From NCBI GenBank assembly GCA_014894395.1, contig JADBLO010000065.1:3840-67839 (forward strand): DNA of 64,000 nucleotides. The letters run 5' to 3'. The stretch comes from Thermoplasmata archaeon. Its GTDB lineage: Archaea > Thermoplasmatota > E2 > DHVEG-1. Of the stretch, positions 55,701 through 64,000 are shown one piece after another; position 1 is the stretch's first letter, and each line of letters opens with the position of its first letter. The translations under genes and the position numbers were made by a program. The notes beneath the pieces are model-generated. The model saw only the letters and a program-made list of their open reading frames with translations, ran no database searches and had not been told where the DNA came from.

Positions 55701-58700
55701 ATGAAAAAAATACAAACCGCTTCCGACCTCAAAGCTGTCAAAGAAACCATATTAAAAAATACACGAAAAGGGAAAACTATAGTCACACTCTGTGGTGGAA
55801 CCGGTTGTCACGCTTCAGGATGTAACACTGTTATCTCTGCATTTAAACGAGAACTGAAAAAGAATAAACTACAGGATACTGTAGATGTGAAAGTTACAGG
55901 TTGTCATGGGTTCTGTGAAAAAGGGCCAATTGTGGTTCTTCATCCAAAAGGAATTTTCTACAAACAAGTAAAATCCAGGGATGTTAAAGACATCATTGAA
56001 CATACACTTTTAAAAGGAAAAATCGTAGACAGATTACTCTACATTGATCCATTGACTGGAAAGAAAATCACCTATGAAAAAGACGTACAATTTTACAAAG
56101 GGCAAGAGCGCATCGTCTTCGCTGATAATGGGTTACTAGACCCTTATAAAATTGAGGATTACATTGCTATCGGTGGATATACTGCAGCAGTCAAAGCACT
56201 TACCAGTATGTCTCCTGAGAAAATCATTGATGAAATAAAAAAATCAGGATTACGCGGACGAGGCGGAGCAGGGTTTCCTACTGGGCTGAAATGGGAATCA
56301 TGTCGAAACGCTAAAGGTACAACAAAATATATAATATGTAACGCAGACGAAGGTGATCCTGGCGCATATATGGATCGTAGTCTTATTGAAGGAAACCCGT
56401 TTAGTATCCTGGACGGGATGTTGATTGGTGCGTTTGCGATTGGCGCAAACCAGGGGATCGTATACGTCCGAGATGAATATCCTATTGCTGTTCAAACCAT
56501 GAAAAACGCGATTACACAAGCACGACAATGGGGATTACTGGGTAAAGACATTCTCAACTCCGGTTTTGATTTTGATCTATCGATTGTACGAGGCGCAGGC
56601 GCATTTGTCTGTGGGGAAGAAACTGCGCTCATCGCCTCCGTTGAAGGAAAGAAAGGAGAACCACGACAACGACCACCATTCCCTACACAAAAAGGACTCT
56701 GGGGGAAACCTACAAATATCAACAACGTGGAAACCTGGGCAAACATCCCGTATATCATTAACAAAGGATCAAAATGGTACTCTAGTATTGGAACTGAAAA
56801 AAGCAAAGGGACAAAGATATTTTCCCTTGTAGGGAAAATCAACAACACCGGTTTAGTTGAAGTACCGATGGGGATTACGATTAAAGAAATGATTTATGTG
56901 ATTGGCGGTGGTATCCCTGAAGGGAAATCCTTTAAAGCGGTGCAAACCGGTGGTCCGTCTGGCGGTTGTATCCCCAAAGAACTGCTTGAGACGCCGATTG
57001 ATTATGAGAAACTCAAAGAAGCAGGCTCCATCATGGGATCTGGCGGTATGGTGGTGATGGACGAGGACACCTGCATGGTGGATGTCGCTCGATATTTCCT
57101 TGAATTTCTTCAAGATGAATCCTGCGGGAAATGTCTCTCGTGTCGCGAAGGAATAAAACGAATGGCGGAGATCGTCACCGATATTACGAAAGGGCAAGGT
57201 AAAGAAGGAGACATTGAGCTTTTAAAAGAACTCGCTACGACAGTGAAAGATACTTCGATGTGTGGTCTTGGTCAGACCGCTGCGAACCCAGTACTGTCGA
57301 CGATTAAGTTTTTCCATCATGAGTACGAGACCCATATCATGGACCGGAAATGTCCTGCAGGTGTTTGTCGAGACTTGTATATCTCACCATGTCAGAACGC
57401 ATGTCCAGCTGGTATGAACGCTCCTGGATATATTTCATTAATCGGTGAGGGACGTTTTACTGAGGCTCTTGAACTTGCGTTAGATACGAATCCGTTTCCA
57501 TCAGTCTGTGGTCGTATTTGCGACCATCAATGTATGTTTAAATGTCGGCGAAATCAGATTGATGAACCAGTTGCGATCCGATCACTCAAGCGATTCATTG
57601 GAGATTATGAAGAGAATGGCATTGACTATCCTGTGGTAAAACAATCGAATGTCATGATACCTTTTAGAGTTGCGATTGTTGGTGCTGGACCAGCTGGTTT
57701 GAGTTGTGCGTATTTCCTTGCTAGGTTGGGATATAAACCAACGGTCTTTGAAAAACTCCCGGTTGGAGGAGGGATGATGGCGATCGCAATCCCTGAATAT
57801 CGACTGCCGAAAACTGTGTTGCAACGAGAGATCAACAACATTAGGAAACTAGGTGTTGACATTAGACTGAATACACAGGTTGGGAAAGATATTACCATTT
57901 CTCAGTTGTGGTCACAAGGATATCAGGCGTTTTTTGTCGCTGTTGGAATGTATGGTGATAGAAACCTTGGTATCCCTGGGGAGAATCTGGAAAATGTGAT
58001 CCAGGCGGTTGATTTGCTCTCTGATATTAATCTTGACAAACCTGTGGTGTCACCCGCTGGGAAGAAAGTTGTTGTCATCGGGGGTGGGAATTCAGCGGTA
58101 GATGCTGCTCGTACAATGCTTCGCATGGGTGCAAGCGGCGTGACAATCCTGTATCGTCGAACTAGGCGAGAAATGCCAGCGTATAAAGAAGAAGTAGAAT
58201 CAGCAGAACATGAGGGAGTAATAATCAGATTCCTGACCGCTCCTGAGAAAATCTTTGGTGAGAAAGGAAAAGTAAAAAGTATCGAATGTATTAAAATGAA
58301 GCCAGGGGAGTTTGACACCGAAGGACGGCAGAAACCCATGCCGGTGAAAGACAGTAATTTCTTCGTTGATGCTGACATTGTGATTCCCGCGATTGGGGAG
58401 TTCTCTGATGTGTCTGGGTTGTTTACTGGTCTTGATGTGGAGACGAACCGTGATGGGACTATTAAAACTGATAAACACGGAAGAACCAGTATCCCTGGGT
58501 TATTTTCTGGTGGTGATGTGGTCTCTGGTCCTGCAACTGTTATCAACGCGATTGCATCTGGGGAACGCACCGCGGTTACCATTGATCAGTATCTGACGAA
58601 AGATAGAACGAGGAAATATCCCTGGCGGGAGCATAAGAAAGTTGATACGTTTTTTGACCCTGAAGCAGAACCAGTAAGTTACCGAATGCAGAAGCCAAAG

Positions 58701-58862
58701 ACACTCTCGCCTGAGGAACGACGAGGTTGTTTCGACGAAGTTGAGTTATCTTACACTAAAGCGCTTGCGATGAAAGAAGCGAAACGATGTCTCCGCTGTG
58801 ACCTTGAACTTGAGCTGCAAGAAAAAATTCAAAAGGAAAAACCACTGGAGGTGTCGCGATGA
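55701..58862 (+). CDS. NuoF/HydB-like FMN/NADH subunit fused to GltD/NfnB-like FAD/NAD(P)H domain
   Basis: Trx-like 2Fe-2S (CGGTGC..CHGFC), GLRGRGGAGFPTG, NADEGDPGAYMDR, CGEETAL, FKAVQTGGPSGG, SCGKC..CREG, C.LG, H...CPAGVC; then CQNACP, CGRIC...C...C, GAGPAG, GGGNSA.D, YRR, GGD, EAKRCLRC. Confidence 0.9.
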   Translation: MKKIQTASDLKAVKETILKNTRKGKTIVTLCGGTGCHASGCNTVISAFKRELKKNKLQDTVDVKVTGCHGFCEKGPIVVLHPKGIFYKQVKSRDVKDIIEHTLLKGKIVDRLLYIDPLTGKKITYEKDVQFYKGQERIVFADNGLLDPYKIEDYIAIGGYTAAVKALTSMSPEKIIDEIKKSGLRGRGGAGFPTGLKWESCRNAKGTTKYIICNADEGDPGAYMDRSLIEGNPFSILDGMLIGAFAIGANQGIVYVRDEYPIAVQTMKNAITQARQWGLLGKDILNSGFDFDLSIVRGAGAFVCGEETALIASVEGKKGEPRQRPPFPTQKGLWGKPTNINNVETWANIPYIINKGSKWYSSIGTEKSKGTKIFSLVGKINNTGLVEVPMGITIKEMIYVIGGGIPEGKSFKAVQTGGPSGGCIPKELLETPIDYEKLKEAGSIMGSGGMVVMDEDTCMVDVARYFLEFLQDESCGKCLSCREGIKRMAEIVTDITKGQGKEGDIELLKELATTVKDTSMCGLGQTAANPVLSTIKFFHHEYETHIMDRKCPAGVCRDLYISPCQNACPAGMNAPGYISLIGEGRFTEALELALDTNPFPSVCGRICDHQCMFKCRRNQIDEPVAIRSLKRFIGDYEENGIDYPVVKQSNVMIPFRVAIVGAGPAGLSCAYFLARLGYKPTVFEKLPVGGGMMAIAIPEYRLPKTVLQREINNIRKLGVDIRLNTQVGKDITISQLWSQGYQAFFVAVGMYGDRNLGIPGENLENVIQAVDLLSDINLDKPVVSPAGKKVVVIGGGNSAVDAARTMLRMGASGVTILYRRTRREMPAYKEEVESAEHEGVIIRFLTAPEKIFGEKGKVKSIECIKMKPGEFDTEGRQKPMPVKDSNFFVDADIVIPAIGEFSDVSGLFTGLDVETNRDGTIKTDKHGRTSIPGLFSGGDVVSGPATVINAIASGERTAVTIDQYLTKDRTRKYPWREHKKVDTFFDPEAEPVSYRMQKPKTLSPEERRGCFDEVELSYTKALAMKEAKRCLRCDLELELQEKIQKEKPLEVSR

Positions 58863-59560
58863 TCGAGATGACGGTCGATGGGATTCCTGTGCAGGTGGAG
58901 GAAGGATCAACAGTGCTTGATGCTGTACGATTCTATGGAATAGAAATTCCCACGTTATGTCATCATGATGGATTATCTGAATATGGTGCGTGTCGTTTAT
59001 GTGTTGTTGAAATTGGGAAAGGTGAAAACGCGAAACTGGTATCTTCGTGTACCTATCCTGCAGAGCAAGGCTTGTTTGTTCGAACGAACTCTCAGCGGGT
59101 AGTCTCCGCTCGTAAGATGCTTGTTGAGTTGTTAGTAGCGATGTGTCCATCATCAAAAACCGTTCAGGACCTTGCATCTGCAATGGAAGTAACACAAGTG
59201 CGATTTAAAGTGGATCGTATGAATGATTGTATCCTCTGTGGACTCTGCGTGCGGATGTGTGAGGAGCAGATGATGGCAAAAGCAATCGGGTTTGTGAACC
59301 GTGGTAAAAATCGTAAGATCACCACGCCATTTGATCTGAAATCAGATGTCTGTCGAACCTGTGGTGGTTGTCTCTATATATGTCCGGCATGTGAGCTCCG
59401 TTGTCAGGGACCAAATGCAGATACAGATCTGTGTAACGCGTGTTTGAATGTTCAACCGGTGTGTTTAAAGGAAGAGGATGATAAAATGTGCTTCCTTGAA
59501 ACTTGTGGATGGTGTTATGAGGAATTAGGAAGAAAGAAAAAGAAAATGGAGAAAAAATAA
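58859..59560 (+). CDS. Short NuoG/HydA N-terminal-like FeS subunit without catalytic domain
   Basis: IPTLC...GACRLC...C (2Fe-2S), CILCGLCVRMC and CRTCGGCLYICP (2x4Fe-4S), Cys-rich tail; no H-cluster or Mo/W motifs. Confidence 0.88.
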   Translation: MIEMTVDGIPVQVEEGSTVLDAVRFYGIEIPTLCHHDGLSEYGACRLCVVEIGKGENAKLVSSCTYPAEQGLFVRTNSQRVVSARKMLVELLVAMCPSSKTVQDLASAMEVTQVRFKVDRMNDCILCGLCVRMCEEQMMAKAIGFVNRGKNRKITTPFDLKSDVCRTCGGCLYICPACELRCQGPNADTDLCNACLNVQPVCLKEEDDKMCFLETCGWCYEELGRKKKKMEKK

Positions 59561-59580
59561 ATGTTTGGAGGTAAAAGATT

Positions 59581-61161
59581 ATGTCATTAACAAGAGTAAA
59601 TGCATCTGCCGCAACGCTAAGTAAAAACAGAACCGAAGGATCGATTAACACACTCAGTGGGATGTGTGCGACCTGTGTCGATGGGTGCATCGGCATGTGT
59701 GAGATAGGGAAATCAGCCTATCGTGGTCATGAAGTAATCTACCCGCAGCCGTTTGGGATTATCACCTCGGCGTGTGAGAAGATATACCCGGTTGACTTGT
59801 CTCATTTCACGATCCTTGGTGGAGTTGTTGGCGCATGGGGTATTGAAACCAATAGTGATCGCGCGATTTTTTCTAATGTGAACCTGGAACGAACCGTCTG
59901 TAAGGAAAATCCATTAAAGGTGAAGATGCCGATAATCATCCCTGGTCTTGGCTCCACTGCGATTGCGAAAAATAACTGGGAAGGTCTCGCGGTTGGTGCA
60001 GCGATAACGGGTATTCCTTTGACAATTGGTGAGAACGTCTGTGGTATGGACCCTGACGCTGAGTTTGTCAAAGGCAAAGTGAAACATTCACCCGACCTAG
60101 AATGGCGTGTTGGTTTGTATAAGAAATGGCAGCAGAAAGGTTACGGCGCAATTATTGTACAAGCGAACGTCGAGGATACGGGTCTTGGTGTCCATGAGTA
60201 TGCGATTTCAGATCTGGATGTTGATGCCGTTGAACTGAAATGGGGTCAGGGTGCGAAGAACATTGGTGGCGAAGTAAAAATTAAAGAACTCAAGAGGGCA
60301 CAGGAATTGAAGAAACGAGGGTATATTGTTCTCCCAGATCCAACTGATAAGGATATCATTGCTGCGTTTGAAAAAGGAAGTTTCCGGGAGTTCGAACGGC
60401 ATTCACGGGTAGGTATGGTGTCTGAGGCAGGGTTTATGAAACGTGTCAAAGAACTCCGTGACTGTGGTGCGAAACGTGTTTTCCTTAAGACTGGTGCGTA
60501 TCGACCAGTTGCACTTGCACAAGCGGTGAAATATGCGTCGAAAGCAAAAATCGATTTGCTTACGGTTGATGCTGCTGGCGGTGGAACCGGGATGAGCCCC
60601 TGGCGAATGATGAACGAATGGGGTATTCCACCGGTCGAACTTCATTCTATGCTCTACAATTATGTTGATAAGCTTGCGAAGAATGGAGAGTATGTCCCGG
60701 ATATTGCGATTGCTGGTGGTTTTACTTTTGAAGATCAGATACTCAAAGGGCTAGCTCTTGGTGCTCCTTACTTTAAACTCGTTGGAATGGCACGAGGGCC
60801 TCTTGCTGCAGCGATGGTTGGTAAAACCATTGGTAAGAAAATAAACGAGTCAATGGTCCCAGTCTATATCGAACGATTCGGCAATACCCCCGAAGAAATC
60901 TTTGTTACAGCACCAGAGTTAAAAAGAAAATATGGAAAAGACTTTGACAAACTACCAACCGGTGCTATCGGACTTTACACATACATGGAGCGACTGCATC
61001 AAGGGTTACGACAAATCATGGCTGGTTGCCGAAAATTCACTTTGGATTACATTTCTCGAGACGATATCGCAGCCCTTACGAAAGAAGCAGCAGATATCAG
61101 TGGTCTCCCATACATCACTGATGTTGACGAGAAAGAAGTCGCTAAAATACTTAATAGCTAA
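59581..61161 (+). CDS. FMN-binding glutamate synthase family protein (stand-alone GltB FMN domain)
   Basis: N-terminal CATCVDGC.G.CE, GLGS, TIGEN, ELKWGQGAK..GG, LKTG, D.AGGGTG.SP, AGG, K.LALGA, AR. Confidence 0.88.
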   Translation: MSLTRVNASAATLSKNRTEGSINTLSGMCATCVDGCIGMCEIGKSAYRGHEVIYPQPFGIITSACEKIYPVDLSHFTILGGVVGAWGIETNSDRAIFSNVNLERTVCKENPLKVKMPIIIPGLGSTAIAKNNWEGLAVGAAITGIPLTIGENVCGMDPDAEFVKGKVKHSPDLEWRVGLYKKWQQKGYGAIIVQANVEDTGLGVHEYAISDLDVDAVELKWGQGAKNIGGEVKIKELKRAQELKKRGYIVLPDPTDKDIIAAFEKGSFREFERHSRVGMVSEAGFMKRVKELRDCGAKRVFLKTGAYRPVALAQAVKYASKAKIDLLTVDAAGGGTGMSPWRMMNEWGIPPVELHSMLYNYVDKLAKNGEYVPDIAIAGGFTFEDQILKGLALGAPYFKLVGMARGPLAAAMVGKTIGKKINESMVPVYIERFGNTPEEIFVTAPELKRKYGKDFDKLPTGAIGLYTYMERLHQGLRQIMAGCRKFTLDYISRDDIAALTKEAADISGLPYITDVDEKEVAKILNS

Positions 61162-61215
61162 GCACATGATAATCTCTTCAATGTAACTACTTGAGATCCT
61201 AAGGGAGAGTCTCCT

Positions 61216-62316
61216 TCAGGATTCTCGTGTTGTTTTTAGACCATGACCAGTCAATGGCACAACTACCACTGCATTTTTTCTAATGGGATACTTTTGAAAA
61301 CCTGCGACGGCAACCGCTGACGTTGGTTCAATGTAATATCCTTTTTGTATCGTGGCATGCAACGCGCTGATAATATCTTTTTCTTTTACTGTGATAATAT
61401 CGCCGTTGGTTTCTTTTATCGCATGGAGGATATCTTTTGCTCGTACCGGGTTTGCGATGGCGATGCCTTCAGCGATGGTTTCTTTCCAAGTGAAAGGATT
61501 TTTAATTTGATGGTGCTTCTTCCAAGCCTGTGCCAGTGGTGAACAATTCTCGGCTTGTACTCCAATAATTTTTGGGAGTGTATCGATAATTTTTTCTCGT
61601 TGTAATTCTTTTAATCCGATGTATGTTCCAAGGAGAAGCGTTCCATTACCAACCGGTAAAATAATTGCATCAGGTGCATTCCATCCAAGTTGTTCTACGA
61701 TCTCAAAAATACATGTTTTTGTACCCTGAAAAAAGAACGGGTTCCAGTAGTGACTTGCATAGTATGTAGATTGTGCCGCAAGCCATACTGCCTTTGCGGT
61801 ATCCTCTCTAGTACCTGGAATCTTATGAAGGGCGGCACCGTACTGTTCGATTTGCAGTAGTTTTCCTGCAGAAGTTTTTTCAGGAACATAGATATCACAT
61901 GTAATGTTTGCTTTTGCGCAGTATGCCGCAATCGCAGCACCAGCATTCCCTGAAGAGTCTTCTACGACTTTTTTAACTCCCAACTCTTTTATCTTGCTAA
62001 CTAACACCGATGCACCGCGGTCTTTGTATGATCCACTCGGGAAGAGATGGTCTTGTTTCAATAATACTTTTTTTCCTGAAAACTGTTCTTCAACAAGTGG
62101 AGTGAATCCTTCATCAAACGAGATGATATGTTTATCGTGTTCGATGGGGAGAGCTTCGCGGTATCGCCACATTGTTGGTTTTCTTATTTGTATTTTATCA
62201 ACAGGAAATCGTGCATGAAAATCGAGCGTTAATAATCCACCACATTTACAGTTCCATATCGGTTCGGATGATGGATATTCTTTATGACATGATTGACAGC
62301 GGAGTTTCATATTCAT
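61216..62316 (-). CDS. Threonine synthase-like PLP enzyme
   Basis: C..C...C.CGG, MWRY, EG.TPL, P.GSYKDRG, DSSGNAG, PVGNG, EPTSA, LTGHGLK. Confidence 0.88.
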   Translation of the reverse strand: MNMKLRCQSCHKEYPSSEPIWNCKCGGLLTLDFHARFPVDKIQIRKPTMWRYREALPIEHDKHIISFDEGFTPLVEEQFSGKKVLLKQDHLFPSGSYKDRGASVLVSKIKELGVKKVVEDSSGNAGAAIAAYCAKANITCDIYVPEKTSAGKLLQIEQYGAALHKIPGTREDTAKAVWLAAQSTYYASHYWNPFFFQGTKTCIFEIVEQLGWNAPDAIILPVGNGTLLLGTYIGLKELQREKIIDTLPKIIGVQAENCSPLAQAWKKHHQIKNPFTWKETIAEGIAIANPVRAKDILHAIKETNGDIITVKEKDIISALHATIQKGYYIEPTSAVAVAGFQKYPIRKNAVVVVPLTGHGLKTTRES

Positions 62317-62418
62317 TCAATGCATTGATTTTATAAACCCTATGTAAATGTTTTGTTCAGTACTATTTAATTAGCTAGTAATACACGAATTTTAAGGGGT
62401 TCTGGAAGACAGCAGAGT

Positions 62419-64000
62419 TCACATTTTAATGAAAAACAGAAGTATTGTTGCATTTTGTGATTTGATAGCTGAGCTATAGGGGTGCGATGCAGTGACCGTT
62501 ATCATAGTCTTTCCCAATCCAAGGATTAAATCTGAGGTAACAGTTCGTTCTGCACCGGGTGGGATATTTAACACTGTCCCGCTCGTTTTCTGCCCGATGA
62601 ATGCACCACCGGTAAGCGTAATATTCCACTGAACGTGCATAATATCTATTGCACCCGTATTTTTAATCACTGTTTTAATCTTGAAAAGTCCACCTTTCAC
62701 AAGACCAATCTCGAGTTTAGGTGCAATGATAGTGATTACAAAAGGCTCTGACCAACCGCTTTCGATTCCAAGTGTGTTTTTTGCTTTTGCAGTAATTGAA
62801 TAATTACCTTTATCAGACCAGGCGTGCGAGATTGTTACGATAGCTCCTGAAGCACAAGGACCAAACCATTCTTCATGGCTCCCATCGCCCCATTCTATCC
62901 AATAATACAGGTTCGAATTCCCTGGATCTGTTGTTACGAATGTGAAATCCATCTGCCTGCCAATATCTCCTTCCGTTGATCCATTTATCTGTGGTGGAAA
63001 TGGTGCTGACAAAACAGGACTCACAATCAAAGCATAGTCCGCGTCTAAATCTGGTGTTTCCACGTGAGAATCCTGGATAATTTCATCTGCAGATACCTCG
63101 ATAGTCCATGTCCCTGGTTCAGGGTTTTTAATGAAGACACATTCGACCGTGTCCTTTGTATCTGGATTACCACCTGGTTCAGACCAAACACCGTTAAGAA
63201 GACCATTATTTCCCCAATAAATAACCTGCGAAGGGGAAATAACTTTTAACGATAAGTCGTTGATTCGATGTTGTGTTTGTACAGCTGGATTTCCCGCAGG
63301 ATCAGCATAGGTCATGGTCACCTTTAGAGAAGGTAAAGCAGCCTCCACCGCGACCATATGTGTTGATACTTCAAATGGCGTAAGTACATCCGATTCATCA
63401 ATGATATAGAACTTATCTCGTAAATCGTACATGTTTTTAACGGACGGCATACCCCACCCTTGATGCATACGAGTTTTATCACCAGAGGTGCCATTGAATG
63501 GGTATTGATCCGCAGCGTTGATCATCATGGCCTTCGCGGTCGTCATATGGGGGCGATTTTCAAAGACAGTGCCTTCGGGGTCTACCTCGTTTCCAAAGAT
63601 ACCATCAGACCACATCTGATAAAATAAGCCAAAGTGACCAGCGATGATCGGTGTTGCTCCGCTTGTACCCCCAAAGCTCGAGGTGTAGGCGGTGGGACTT
63701 CCAGAGGTAGTGGTAAATATCTCATCGTAGAAGGAGCAGAGATCAGGTTTAATCGTTCCATCAGAAGCAGGTCCAATGCTTGCTCCGTAATTCCATTGAT
63801 CATCATCTTTAATAAGAGTATTATAGTGGTACATACCACCACCAGAGACTATGTTCTTTGCCCAGGCTTGTGGCCGTGACATTTGATCCCCTGCATTGCT
63901 TTGAGATTGGCAATGGAGGATGTCAAAGTCAAAGAGCGCTGTATCTGTATCCGCAGAAATTGTGGTGTACTGTGTCGTCCGATCGCTTCCTACACTTGAG
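62419..64000 (-). CDS. S8 subtilisin-like protease with PKD-like C-terminal domain (5' end outside window)
   Basis: Frame open to the window edge; GP..DG.IKPD, catalytic FGGTSGATP, QGWG, beta-sandwich insert, WGDG PKD. Confidence 0.88.
   Translation of the reverse strand, partial: SSVGSDRTTQYTTISADTDTALFDFDILHCQSQSNAGDQMSRPQAWAKNIVSGGGMYHYNTLIKDDDQWNYGASIGPASDGTIKPDLCSFYDEIFTTTSGSPTAYTSSFGGTSGATPIIAGHFGLFYQMWSDGIFGNEVDPEGTVFENRPHMTTAKAMMINAADQYPFNGTSGDKTRMHQGWGMPSVKNMYDLRDKFYIIDESDVLTPFEVSTHMVAVEAALPSLKVTMTYADPAGNPAVQTQHRINDLSLKVISPSQVIYWGNNGLLNGVWSEPGGNPDTKDTVECVFIKNPEPGTWTIEVSADEIIQDSHVETPDLDADYALIVSPVLSAPFPPQINGSTEGDIGRQMDFTFVTTDPGNSNLYYWIEWGDGSHEEWFGPCASGAIVTISHAWSDKGNYSITAKAKNTLGIESGWSEPFVITIIAPKLEIGLVKGGLFKIKTVIKNTGAIDIMHVQWNITLTGGAFIGQKTSGTVLNIPPGAERTVTSDLILGLGKTMITVTASHPYSSAIKSQNATILLFFIKM

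Noticed and set aside
55189-59560. [FeFe]-hydrogenase, formate dehydrogenase or respiratory complex I
   Set aside because: No H-cluster motifs, no molybdopterin domain, no NiFe large subunit and no membrane Nuo subunits.
1-64000. CRISPR arrays, tRNA/rRNA genes, integron attC arrays, provirus
   Set aside because: No regularly spaced repeats, cloverleaf or rRNA-like segments, integrase or viral hallmark genes were seen by eye. tRNAscan-SE and Infernal were not run.

Overview
This is an archaeal chromosomal window. TFB, eS1, aNAC, ABCE1, Nre, oapABC and TATA/BRE promoters show it is archaeal. The many secreted NosD/PKD/CARDB/peptidase genes suggest a peptide-fermenting Thermoplasmatota such as MBG-D/Thermoprofundales (inference). 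From left to right it holds: a secreted metallophosphoesterase running off the left edge; a TnpA-only IS200-type element; a tfb-csp-DEAD-box-ABCE1 cluster; housekeeping, repair and lipid genes interspersed with AT-rich secreted-protein genes; a ~16.5 kb glutamate/redox region (NfnAB, receiver-PPDK-like protein, three Lrp/AsnC proteins, short asparaginase, GDH, HydCBA-like flavoprotein genes, FMN glutamate-synthase-like gene); and an S8 protease running off the right edge. Top leads: (1) a ~75-nt structured 5' leader duplicated in front of tfb and csp, a candidate archaeal cold-responsive RNA switch or attenuator; (2) a putative electron-bifurcating complex whose NuoF/HydB-like subunit carries a GltD/NfnB-like module in place of the usual ferredoxin domain, encoded with a stand-alone FMN glutamate-synthase domain; (3) a shared 24-26 nt leader element in front of several secreted-protein genes; (4) a BtuM-like S-component fused to a DUF4430-like domain. 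I saw no rRNA, tRNA or CRISPR array. All family calls come from motif recognition by eye, not database searches.
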